From a candidate division WOR-3 bacterium (lineage in GTDB: Bacteria; Hydrothermota; Tepidihabitantia; Tepidihabitantales; Tepidihabitantaceae), in the NCBI GenBank assembly GCA_965649205.1, contig CBFGJV010000009.1:1-64000 (forward strand): a stretch of 64,000 nt of DNA, written 5' to 3'. This document shows, in pieces, positions 1 to 12,700 of this stretch. The translations under genes were made by a program, and so were the position numbers. Position 1 is the stretch's first letter; each line of letters opens with the position of its first letter. Below the pieces are notes generated by a model, which had not been told where the DNA came from, did not search any database, and saw nothing but the letters and a program-made list of their open reading frames with translations.

Positions 1-2720
<2,720 letters not shown>

Positions 2721-2749
2721 TTGATATATCAGCCTGCCTCTTCTCCAAA

Positions 2750-2820
2750 TTGTCAAAAGAGCAGTTGTCAAAAGCCACCAGACTACTATGAATAGTAGTC
2801 AAATCAGGCTCAATTGTCAA
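2750..2820 (-). promoter_or_regulatory. Sigma70-type promoter and boxA-like antitermination element for the 23S gene
   Basis: Minus strand: TTGACA (2820-2815), 17 bp, TACTAT (2797-2792). TGCTCTTTTGACAA (2763-2750) resembles rRNA boxA. Confidence 0.8.
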
Positions 2821-3164
2821 GCCAATTATAATACACAGCAAAATCAAAATGACAAGTACATTTTTTCATAAAATCACACCCATGCATCCCCTTGACTGAC
2901 AAATACTTATACATCAGAATCATCACCCTTGATCGTTGCCTCCCTGCAAGGGGTACGCAAAGAACCGCAGAACTGCCTCGCAAAGTCCAGAAAGTATCTC
3001 TCAGGCCAAACTCCGAGCCCCCACTTCCAGACCTATGGTCCCAAGGACGCTGAGCATATAGATTTATCGGAATCTCAAAGGGTTACATTGTAACGACTCT
3101 CCTCCAGTCCACACGGATAAAAAAGAGCATCATCGTAATTCACAGATTATTATCATAGTCTCCT

Positions 3165-3192
3165 TTGACAATCAAAAGAAATGTCATAAACT
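3165..3192 (+). promoter_or_regulatory. Sigma70-type promoter
   Basis: TTGACA-16 bp-TAAACT upstream of a GGAGG RBS (3216-3220) and ATG 3230. Confidence 0.6.
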
Positions 3193-3229
3193 GTGTTAAC
3201 TTTTAGAATAACTTCGGAGGTACAACCAT

Positions 3230-4066
3230 ATGAAGAACATAATGTTCTATGCTTCTGTACTGTTTGCCATTTCAGTTTCCCGGGCTGAGCTACTCACCAA
3301 TCTCGATTTTTCCAACTGGATAGACCCCACCAGACCAGATGGCTGGGTAGTGGAGGACACAACTCGTGCCCCGGTAGCGCGCAGTTCCAACCCGGTACTT
3401 TCGGCACCTTACTCGGCCCGCATCACCCGTATGGTTGCGGGCACTGGCAACAATTATGGACTGAACCAGCTGGTTCCTGTCATACCCAATCAAACCTACA
3501 CCATTTCCGCCTGGTATCTTAACTCCAGCACCCAGGCACGCGGCGGTATTGGAGTGAGCTGGTACACTCCCGAGACTACTTTCATCAGCACTACCGGCAT
3601 TACCTACAGCGACACCACCATAACCACTTGGCAGCGAGTATCACGGGTTGTCACCGCGCCAGCTAACGCCGGATTCGCTCGCACGCTCTTCCGCGTCTAC
3701 GGTTTTGCCACAAGCCAGCCCGGTAATACGGTCTACATTGATGACGCCAGCTTCAGCGCCGGCACCGCTCTGGTCGAATCTCAATCACCAACACCACACA
3801 AACCCTCTGTAATTATCGCCCGACCCAACCCGGCTGCGGACCGTATCTTCTTCCACGCCGGAACAACTACCCCGGCCACAATTGAGATATTCAATATGAC
3901 TGGAAATCTGGTCCAGAAGCTCCTTGTCCCGGCTGGAGGCACAACCGTATGGAATGCGACTGATCACGCCGGGAACAGACTGCCTGCCGGCATCTACTTC
4001 GCGCAAACAACAGGAACGAAGGGTCGTAGCGAAATTACTAAACTTGTGCTGAAACCTTTAGAATAG
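3230..4066 (+). CDS. Secreted protein: carbohydrate-binding (CBM4/9-like jelly-roll) domain plus FlgD-Ig/T9SS-like C-terminal domain
   Basis: Signal peptide (MKNIMFYASVLFAISVSRA). The pattern 'LLTNLDF...QLVPVIPNQTYTISAW...WQRVS...VYIDD' is CBM-like. The C-terminus has PNP...IFNMTGNLV...WNATDHAGNRLPAGIYF...KLV. GGAGG RBS. Confidence 0.75.
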   Translation: MKNIMFYASVLFAISVSRAELLTNLDFSNWIDPTRPDGWVVEDTTRAPVARSSNPVLSAPYSARITRMVAGTGNNYGLNQLVPVIPNQTYTISAWYLNSSTQARGGIGVSWYTPETTFISTTGITYSDTTITTWQRVSRVVTAPANAGFARTLFRVYGFATSQPGNTVYIDDASFSAGTALVESQSPTPHKPSVIIARPNPAADRIFFHAGTTTPATIEIFNMTGNLVQKLLVPAGGTTVWNATDHAGNRLPAGIYFAQTTGTKGRSEITKLVLKPLE

Positions 4067-4462
4067 CTGTCCGCCTCAACAAGGTCCAACTGAACCCTTG
4101 TAGCTCGGCTGGACCCTGGGTATCTAGCTCGCAAACTTGTTCATATCCCTGCCTCCTGGTTTGCTCAGAAACCCTTTATTGCAGCAGCCCAGACAAAGAC
4201 CTAACAGGTCCGTATACCTTTTTCTCCCTCAAATTCTCTGCCGTTTGTCCTGCGCACTTAGATGCACCTCTCTTCTACTTCGTCTTTGACTAACCTTTTG
4301 AAAAGACATACAGTTATTCCCTTCAAACCTGTTTTGATCCAGGCAGCCCCCTAGACGGCCCGTGCACTGGGAAGGGTACGTCAAATCGCTTAGCGCTCCG
4401 GTCGCCATCCTGTTCGGCTTGCTTTTGTTCAATCAGCCTTTATACTTCCCGTCAATTCATCT

Positions 4463-5281
4463 ATGCGAAGAATCGGCCATTTTCTTGTCCACCTCCTGCG
4501 AGAATGGGCCCCAGTCATAATCGCCGTACTGGTCATACGCTCCTTTCTTGTGGAGTCCTTCCTTGTTCCAACTGGCTCTATGGAAGACACCATAGCTGTA
4601 GGCGACTTCATGCTGGTAAACAAGTTCATTTACGGACCCAGAATTCCCTTCACGCATCACACCCTATTTCCTGTGTCCGAACCAAAACGTGGAGACATAG
4701 TTGTATTTCGCTTTCCGCAGGAACCTGACTTTCCCGAGCCAGCCGCACGCTATGTTCGTATCTTTCCCCGCTGGCTGCCGTTACTACCAGTTTACTGGGA
4801 CCGTCAGACCAACTTTTTCAAGTGGCATATACCCCCGAATTTCGTCAAGCGCTGTGTAGCTGTCGCCGGCGACACGGTCGAGTATCGCGACAAGAAACTG
4901 TACATTAACGGTCGGCTTCAATCCGAACCCTACGCCGTACACAAAGATTACCGCCGTCTGCCGGGTTTGAACCCTCCTCCAGCCAACTACCAACAACTCT
5001 GGGAGCAAGATCGGTTCTATCGCACTGAACTCTCGCCCTATGTTCGGGACAACTTTGGGCCGGTCGTGGTACCGCCTGGCCACATCTTCTGTATGGGTGA
5101 CAACCGGGACAATTCCGAAGACAGTCGCTTCTGGGGTCCCCTGCCTCTGGAGTACCTGCGAGGCAAACCGCTGGTACTGTACTTTTCCTCTTCTGCTGTA
5201 TCTAATCCGCCCAACATACCCAAGATACTTCTTTCGCCTGCTGCCATCCGCTTCAATCGCATCGGGCGCATAGTCCGCTGA
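4463..5281 (+). CDS. lepB: Signal peptidase I
   Basis: N-terminal TM segment; catalytic Ser motif VPTGSMEDT; Lys motif FVKRCVAVAGD; GDNRDNSEDSRFWG. Confidence 0.95.
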   Translation: MRRIGHFLVHLLREWAPVIIAVLVIRSFLVESFLVPTGSMEDTIAVGDFMLVNKFIYGPRIPFTHHTLFPVSEPKRGDIVVFRFPQEPDFPEPAARYVRIFPRWLPLLPVYWDRQTNFFKWHIPPNFVKRCVAVAGDTVEYRDKKLYINGRLQSEPYAVHKDYRRLPGLNPPPANYQQLWEQDRFYRTELSPYVRDNFGPVVVPPGHIFCMGDNRDNSEDSRFWGPLPLEYLRGKPLVLYFSSSAVSNPPNIPKILLSPAAIRFNRIGRIVR

Positions 5282-5317
5282 CCCGGAAACAGTTCTTCTC
5301 TACATGCCATTCTCCCC

Positions 5318-5352
5318 CTAAAACACACGGGAGGGTCTTCAGCCCTCCCGTG
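5318..5352 (-). terminator. Intrinsic terminator between convergent lepB and the giant-protein gene
   Basis: 10-bp stem CACGGGAGGG (5326-5335)/CCCTCCCGTG (5343-5352) with a 7-nt loop, followed by TGTTTT on the minus strand. Confidence 0.75.
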
Positions 5353-5384
5353 CCATTGCCAAGCCGCTAAGCGGCAGCGACTAT

Positions 5385-8300
5385 TTATTCTACCAGCACC
5401 AACCTACGCGCCTGCGAACAACCGCTCGCCTCCACCCGCAACAGGTAGACACCGGCCGGAATACTACGCAGGTCCAGCGCAACCGGCAACTGCTCTGGGC
5501 TGATTTCCTGACTGAATACACACCGGCCTGAAGCATCAAACACACGTGCGATTGCCTTAGATGACAAACCGGGTTCGGCATTGCTCATACCGGCAATTTG
5601 CACCGTAACCAAGCCCCGGGCTGTCGGATTAGAGCCCACAGTCACCTGAAGCCCGTTTGGCACCGACCTGCCCGCCTGCACGCCGTTCGAAGGAGCAGGA
5701 TTTGAAGCGCAGACGTCCCAGTCCACGTACCGCCACATTTCCGCGGTTTTGCCGCCCTTCAAGGCGAACAACTTGCCCGGTTCGTAGCTCACTATGTCGG
5801 CTCCACCCTTGACCCATTTCTTACCGGCAGAACCATTCCGCGGAACTGTATCCAGCTCTTCCCAGGCGTCATTTCGAGGCGAGTAGCGGAAGAATTGCTG
5901 GGTACCGCCGCCCTTCAGAGCATAGATATAACCACCACTCTCCGTCGCCGCCCCGCCGTCCTTGGACTTCTTTATCTTCATAGCCCCGCCGTGCATACCC
6001 AGCAGGGGCATACCTTTTACCGGCTGGTTCAACCATACATCATTGTCCAGGTCGTACACGAACATGTAATGTCTGTCGTTGTTATAGTACTTGGCCTGAT
6101 GCAGATACAGCCTCCACACCGGCACCAGCTCTGAACGCGGCACAACACATAGCCACGACCCTCTTTCATACCGCTGTCTTCCTCCGTAAGGCGCAGGAGT
6201 CAACTGATCCCACCTGTCAGCAATCGTGTTATAGCGATAAAACTCGTTCAGGTATCCCTTAAGCAGATACACATAGCCGGTATCATTCTTGTAAACATAA
6301 ACCGCATCCGAGCCACCCTTCACCTTCTTGCCAGAACCCAGAGGTATGTCTTTCCGTCTTTCCCATTTCTTCTGCGCGATATTATAGCGCCAGAAACCAA
6401 GCGTATTGTTGCCCTTCACCAGATAAAGGTAATTGTCGCCATCCGAGACCAGACAAGCTCCCTTTCCTGGCGGTTTAATCTGTGTACCCTCATTAGGCAC
6501 AATCGATTCCAGGGGTGTCCAGACATTATTCAGAGGTGAATAGGCCTGAAAATCGCAGGTTTTGTATCCTTTCACGGCATATATCGTGCCGTAACGGTCA
6601 ATAGCCAGACAACCTCCATCGCCTACCGGCTTACCAGAGGTCCGAGGCGGCACACTCCTCACTTCCTTCCAGCCCTTTGGCCAGGAAGCCGAACCACCTA
6701 CCTGGAACTGACGCACGGCCGTGTTATTAGTCCAGTTCTGGTCTGTAGCCAAAAAGGTTGAACAACGAGAAGTAAAGTTGCCGGGCTGACGAAATACCGT
6801 GTCGGGGAATTCGAACACCAAAGAAGTCTGCCCCGGAAGCGTAATCCTCAACGACTCATTGTATATTACTCCTCGAAGCGGATCGTAGACTTTGAAATAT
6901 GTCCACCAGGTCTCGCTGTTGCGACCGTAATTGGCTATACGCGCCAGCGGTGCTATACGCGTTATCGTATCCAGTCCGCCGGCAGGCGCAAGTATCTCCT
7001 GCACCCCTACGTCGTGTTCGGGAACACCCGGCACTTGGAAAGTGTCTGCCCAGGTATTATTGTCCGGCATACGGTCACCGGCCAAAAGAGTAGAAGCGAC
7101 ACTGAGCCAAACACCTGGTTTAGTGGTATATGCCTTCCCTGCAGTCACATTCCGGCTTGCCTGCGCGGCCAGGTTCTCTACCCGGACTGTATCCGCCCAG
7201 GTACCAATACGGAACTCCAAATCAAAACTGGCTCCGGCCGTGCCGTAGTTGCGCACGACACACTCTGGATAAAGCGAAGTATCTGCCGGAAGCGTACCCC
7301 TCGGACCAACTATACTGACCACGCCCACATCTGTAACGCCAACTTCGAATGAACCAATCATGGTATCATCGCGCGAGTACTGGTCAGAAGGTAGCAGCGT
7401 CCAAACGGTAGCGCTTTTACTTCCCCGGGGAGTACGTACCTGCCAAGGTGTAAATTGCACGGTGCGGGACGACTCTGGCGGCAATCCCACTATGTTAGCC
7501 ACCCCGGTGTATCCAGGCAGAGCAAAATAGGCAGTAAACGTCTCTGTTGCCAGACCGGTGTTTACGACGACAGCCTGCGGAACTACCACTGTACCACTAT
7601 CCACCGTGCCCGTCGGTACCAGAATAGCCTGAACCCCAACATTATGGCCATAGGCCATAGTGTCCACCTCGAACTTGTCCCTCACCACGTCATTCACCAC
7701 ATTCTGATCGCCTTCCAGATAGACAGAACAACGTGTGACATAAGAACCCAGCGCCCGGAAACAAGTTTCGGCAAAAGCCACATTCGTAAACGCACCGCCA
7801 GCCAGATTCACATTACGACTGTCGTGGAAAACTACCTTGTTGTCTTTATCCCAGATAGTCAAACAGGCAAGGAAAGTAAGCCGCTGGCCACTGTAGTTGC
7901 CCACCCTGATAGAAGGATTGACCCGTACCTCCGGCTTCATCCGGCCCACTGGACTCAGAACTCTCTCTGCAGCCACATCCACGCCCGGAGTCCCTAGAAC
8001 CCAGAAGGTATCAAGCATTACATTATCATCAGGACGCACATCACCAGCGAGTTCTGCCTCTACCCGATGCAGCCACGAACCAGATTGAGCTACCCATTGT
8101 TTGACGGCGGTTATCTGCGTATCAACGCCCGGCGGTACATTAGCCACCGTGACCCTTTCATCGTAGGAACCAAACCTGAATCTTACATCAAAGGTCTGCG
8201 GCGCGGTACCTTTGTTCTTTACTCGGCACTGGGGATAGACTACTTCTGCTGAATCCAGTGTATCCTTGGGCCATATGATCTCCGTAACGGCCACATCCTT

Positions 8301-9623
8301 CACCCGGGACAAAAACCGCGAGCGCATAGTATCGTCTTTGCGTACCTGATCTTCTGGCCACCAGGTGAAAACAGTAGCCGTCACGCTGTCCCGTTCTGTT
8401 GGCACCCAAGCGCTAAAAGATACGCTCGCCGAAGACCCGCCGGACAGATTTCTTACTATCTTCCGGTCCTGATAATTAGTCCCGATGCGCATATACACAT
8501 CAAAACTATCCACCGTTTTCGGCCCCTTATTGGTAACCGTCGCCACCGGTATCACAATTGAACCGCTATCCACTGCCCCTGCGGGCGCAAGGATGGCGGT
8601 TGGCGCCACATTCTTGTAGGCTACGGATGGCAACTGCCCCCAAGTGAAACCGCAGGATATTTTTTGCAGCGTATTGGTTGAATTGCTGTTTATGCAGAAA
8701 ACATATACCGTATCCGTAGGCTGAACTGTCTGCGGCACCCACATCGCCCAGTCCGCCGGGCCATACACCGTAGCGCTCACCGATTGTAGCTGATAGCCAT
8801 CCTCTCTGCGCTTGCGCCAGGTATTCGCATTCCAACCGCAGGTAAGAATATAGAGGCTGTCATAAGGGACGAGAGCACATCCCCGCTCTGAGGTTTGATC
8901 GCCATATGCAACCCTGCCTAGATACTGCTTCTTGTAGGGATCAAACATCACCACCCGGTTGAAATCGCTGGGACTTTGCGAGACCGGCGTGCCATAGTAT
9001 ATCCCTCGGCCAGGCCATTTCTCAAAACCAGCCATCCAGTAACAGGTAAAGGGACCTCCTGGATTTCCGGACGGCCCGATTCCTATGCGCCAGGAATCCC
9101 CAGTCCAAGTGCCCTGCGGCGTCATACGCAGGAGAGCGCAACCATAGTAAACGTTGCTTCCTCCGGCCGCGTCAATAACCTGCGTAATCCAGAAACAGTT
9201 GGAGTCTGGGTCCCAGGCAATACCCCAGGGGACATCCCGGGTAGAAGTGCCGAAATTGGGAAATACCCAGTTCTCATTCCGCATCGTACCTGTGGGGTTA
9301 TTCGGGTCAAAACTCCACACCCCAGGTGGACCTGAATATCCTTGGTCCATCAGATAGAAACGTCCCTGATCTCTCCGCCAGACTATGCCTGCTCCGGCAT
9401 AGGAACCGCTCATACCCAGATTCCATTGTCTTACCACAGTGCCAAACGGTGGAGGAGCATCAAGCGGATTCACCGGGACTTCCACGCACAGAGGCGCATT
9501 TGGATCTGCCGGGACAGCCGGGGCGTGAGGGTCTGTAACCGTAAAAAAGCTGGCATAAGCAGAAGCGGCCAGCGCAAGCAGGCATACTACAATCACGTTC
9601 CATCTACCACTTTTGGTGTTCAT
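5385..9623 (-). CDS. Large secreted multidomain protein (~1412 aa): beta-rich head, six CARDB-like Ig repeats, Kelch-like propeller, T9SS-like CTD
   Basis: Start moved to ATG 9623 (AGGAGG RBS; signal peptide MNTKSGRWNVIVVCLLALAASAYA). Repeats follow (D/N)V(A/G)V..I..P.G.....P...V.N.G; Kelch-like blades follow Y..KG.....F.RY; the CTD ends PAGVYLLRV...RRLVLVE. Confidence 0.85.
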   Translation of the reverse strand: MNTKSGRWNVIVVCLLALAASAYASFFTVTDPHAPAVPADPNAPLCVEVPVNPLDAPPPFGTVVRQWNLGMSGSYAGAGIVWRRDQGRFYLMDQGYSGPPGVWSFDPNNPTGTMRNENWVFPNFGTSTRDVPWGIAWDPDSNCFWITQVIDAAGGSNVYYGCALLRMTPQGTWTGDSWRIGIGPSGNPGGPFTCYWMAGFEKWPGRGIYYGTPVSQSPSDFNRVVMFDPYKKQYLGRVAYGDQTSERGCALVPYDSLYILTCGWNANTWRKRREDGYQLQSVSATVYGPADWAMWVPQTVQPTDTVYVFCINSNSTNTLQKISCGFTWGQLPSVAYKNVAPTAILAPAGAVDSGSIVIPVATVTNKGPKTVDSFDVYMRIGTNYQDRKIVRNLSGGSSASVSFSAWVPTERDSVTATVFTWWPEDQVRKDDTMRSRFLSRVKDVAVTEIIWPKDTLDSAEVVYPQCRVKNKGTAPQTFDVRFRFGSYDERVTVANVPPGVDTQITAVKQWVAQSGSWLHRVEAELAGDVRPDDNVMLDTFWVLGTPGVDVAAERVLSPVGRMKPEVRVNPSIRVGNYSGQRLTFLACLTIWDKDNKVVFHDSRNVNLAGGAFTNVAFAETCFRALGSYVTRCSVYLEGDQNVVNDVVRDKFEVDTMAYGHNVGVQAILVPTGTVDSGTVVVPQAVVVNTGLATETFTAYFALPGYTGVANIVGLPPESSRTVQFTPWQVRTPRGSKSATVWTLLPSDQYSRDDTMIGSFEVGVTDVGVVSIVGPRGTLPADTSLYPECVVRNYGTAGASFDLEFRIGTWADTVRVENLAAQASRNVTAGKAYTTKPGVWLSVASTLLAGDRMPDNNTWADTFQVPGVPEHDVGVQEILAPAGGLDTITRIAPLARIANYGRNSETWWTYFKVYDPLRGVIYNESLRITLPGQTSLVFEFPDTVFRQPGNFTSRCSTFLATDQNWTNNTAVRQFQVGGSASWPKGWKEVRSVPPRTSGKPVGDGGCLAIDRYGTIYAVKGYKTCDFQAYSPLNNVWTPLESIVPNEGTQIKPPGKGACLVSDGDNYLYLVKGNNTLGFWRYNIAQKKWERRKDIPLGSGKKVKGGSDAVYVYKNDTGYVYLLKGYLNEFYRYNTIADRWDQLTPAPYGGRQRYERGSWLCVVPRSELVPVWRLYLHQAKYYNNDRHYMFVYDLDNDVWLNQPVKGMPLLGMHGGAMKIKKSKDGGAATESGGYIYALKGGGTQQFFRYSPRNDAWEELDTVPRNGSAGKKWVKGGADIVSYEPGKLFALKGGKTAEMWRYVDWDVCASNPAPSNGVQAGRSVPNGLQVTVGSNPTARGLVTVQIAGMSNAEPGLSSKAIARVFDASGRCVFSQEISPEQLPVALDLRSIPAGVYLLRVEASGCSQARRLVLVE

Positions 9624-9732
9624 GGTTTGCCTCCTTACATCAGACACAAGTCTGATATTCTTGGGCATTCTTGAATATAATAAAGAAGCATAGGCTGCTG
9701 CACACCTGGCTCCAGGTAGCTTATCTTTTAGA

Positions 9733-9760
9733 ATTATCGCATACCGTTCAGTCTTGTCAA
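9733..9760 (-). promoter_or_regulatory. Sigma70-type promoter
   Basis: TTGACA (9760-9755), 16 bp, GATAAT (9738-9733) on the minus strand. Confidence 0.55.
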
Positions 9761-9787
9761 ATATAAAACGCGTGAAGAAATAGCGCC

Positions 9788-12700
9788 TTACTTTTGCACC
9801 ACCAGTTTCTGCACTAAAGTTCCCCTGTCATGATCCAGCCTCGCCAGATACACGCCGCCCGGAATTCCTCGCAGGTCCAACGTAACAGCAGACTCTCCTT
9901 TATCCAGTTGCCGGCTCAAGAAACACCTGCCTCCGGCGTCAAACAGCCGTAACCGCAAACCTCGACTAGACATCCGTCCCTGCGCCGAAATTCGTGCCGT
10001 AACAAAACCCCTCGCCAGAGGATTCGGGCTTATCTGCAGCTTGGGGGCACAAGGAACCGCAAGCTTATCCGTCTGCATTCCCTCCTGGCATACCGGAATC
10101 TGTGTGCTGACGGTCCGCTCCACATATCTCCACAGCTCTGAAGTCTTGTTACCTTTCAGAATAAAGAACGCTCCCGCTGGATGCACCGTTATGCCGCCTC
10201 CTCCTTTGACGCACTTCTTACCTCCGGAACCGCTGCGAGGAATTGTATCCAGCTCGGTCCAGTCGTCCATACCAGGCGAGTAGCGATAAAACCCCTGGGT
10301 ATTGCCGCCCTTGATGGCATAGATGTTACCAGCATATACCACAGCTCCACCGCCATCCCCGGACTTCTTGGCCCGGAAACTGCCTCCCTGCATACCAGCG
10401 AGCGGCATACCCCGTAGAGAAACCCGTGTCCACGTATCCGCCAGCAGGTCGTAAGAGAAAAGACTATGTCGTCCTTCGCTATTGTACTTAGCCTGATGAA
10501 CGTACATATACCAGAGGGGAGTAACTCCGCTGGGCACCTGACGCAACCAGGACCCGGCGGGGTACTTCGGACTTGTGCTATAGGGCGCCGGCGGCATGGT
10601 ATCCCAACGTTTAGCTTGGATGTTATAGCGGTAAAACTCGTTAGTTCCGCCTTTGATTACATACACATAGCCCGTGTCGCCTTTTCCCACATATTCAGCC
10701 GCAGTGCCGCCCTTTACTCTGCTGCCACGATTACCCAACGGCACATCCTGCAGGAATTTCCAGCTGTTAGCGCTTATATCGTACTCCAGAAAACCCAAAG
10801 TGTTATTGCCCATCACCAGATATATCTTGTTCAGCCCGTCGCACACCGCAGCCGCGCCTTTACCCGGGAGTTTGGCTTTGGTGTCAGTCATATTGTACCA
10901 GGGTATGGAACACAGAGGAGTCCAGCGGTTGGCCCCCGCGCTATAAAGGTAAAACTCGCCTGTCTTGTAACCCTTTCCCACGAAAATCCTGCCCGCAAGG
11001 TCAGCTACGATAAAGCCGCCATCCTTCACCTGTCGGCCCGACCCCAGCGGAACTGAACTTACCTCCTTCATACCCTTTTCCCATCCTCCGGCCGTCACCA
11101 CATAGAACTCTCTGGCCGCCACATTGTTCGTCCAGTTCTGATCTGTAACAAGATGAGAAGAGCAACGACCCACGTAGGTACCCGCAACCGGGAATCTTGT
11201 CTGAGGAAACTCCAGCACCTTGGAAGTCTGGCTGGGCAAGGAAACACCCAAAAGCGACTCAGAATACACTACTCCGCCTTGCGTATCGTAAACCTTAAAG
11301 AATACGCGCCAAGTCTCGGTAGTCGGACTATAGTTCGCCACCCGCGCTTTGGGAACCACATTGGTCAAAGTATCCACCGTATCAGCCGGAGCCAGCACCT
11401 GCTCCACCGCTACGTCGTGCCTTATCACCCCGGGCACCCAGAACGTATCATAACAAACATTGTTAGCTGGAACTTTGTCATCGGCCAGAAGCGTGCGTGC
11501 AGTGCTCAGCCACATACCGGGATTCGTGGAATACAGCTTCTTCATTTCCACCACCGTACTTTGTCCCGGCTCCAGCAGTGAGACCGTAGCTGTGTCTACC
11601 CAGACGCCTATGCGGAACTCCACATCAAAGTTTACGCTGTTTGTCCCGAAGTTCTGCACCATACATCTGGGCCGCAGAGTAATACCATCTGGAACCGTGT
11701 CTACCGGATGGACAATGCTCACCGCTCCCACATCTCTCACCCGTACGTTCACCTGGATAGTGGATGTATCATCAGCCCGGTACTGATCTCCTATCAAGTA
11801 CGTCCACGCCTTCACTATTTGACTGCCCCGCGGGCTTGCCACATGCCAGACCGGAAAACGTAAGGTACGTGTAGATTCAGCCGGCAAGTCATACACATCC
11901 AAAGTAGCAGAATAACCCGGTCCGACGAAGTGAGCAGTAAACGTCTCACTGGAAAGGCCGGTATTTGTGACAAGAACGGTTGGAACTACGGTCGAAGCAC
12001 TGTCCATGCTTCCCACCGGTGCGGTAATCGCCTGCACCATCACATTGTGCTGATAAACGGTAGGGTCGATACGGAATTGTCCCCACACCACGTCGTTTGT
12101 CATATTGCCGTCCCCGGCTGCGTAAACTGAACAACGGGAAATATGCGTACCACTCACGGCAAAGGAAGTCTCGGGGAAATTTACAGTCGTAACCGCACCG
12201 CCCGCCCCCAGACTCACTCCCACTTCGCGATGATAAACCAACCTGTCCGTAACCGTATCCCAGACGCTGAAGAATACAGAGAAATTCTCTCTCTTGCCGC
12301 CGTAATTCGCTACGCGGGCAGACGGCCTTACCCTGATTCCCGGCCGAATTCTGCCCGCCGGACTCAAAATGGCCTCTGCCGCCACATCCGTTGTGGGAGT
12401 GCCCCGCACCCAAAAAGTATCAAGCATTGTGTTATTGTCTGGCAGCAAGTCTCCTTCCAGTATTGCCTCCAGCCGGTGCAGCCAGGTACCAGACTTGGCC
12501 TGATACGGCTCGCCTGCCTGCACCAAGCGGAAACTGCCGGGGTCAAGTCCCGTTACGGTAACCGTATTCTCGTACAGACCGATCTTGAACTTCACCTCAA
12601 ATGTTTCGGGAAGATTTCCCCGATTCTGTACCCGACACAACGGTATTACTACCGCAGCCGAATCCAGAGTATCCGTAGGCGCAATGATTTCGGTAACCGC

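Noticed and set aside
2925..3000. GGGTACGCAAAG, reminiscent of a c-di-GMP-I riboswitch
   Set aside because: The upstream GGCAAAC/GAAA tetraloop and the downstream receptor stem are not evident.
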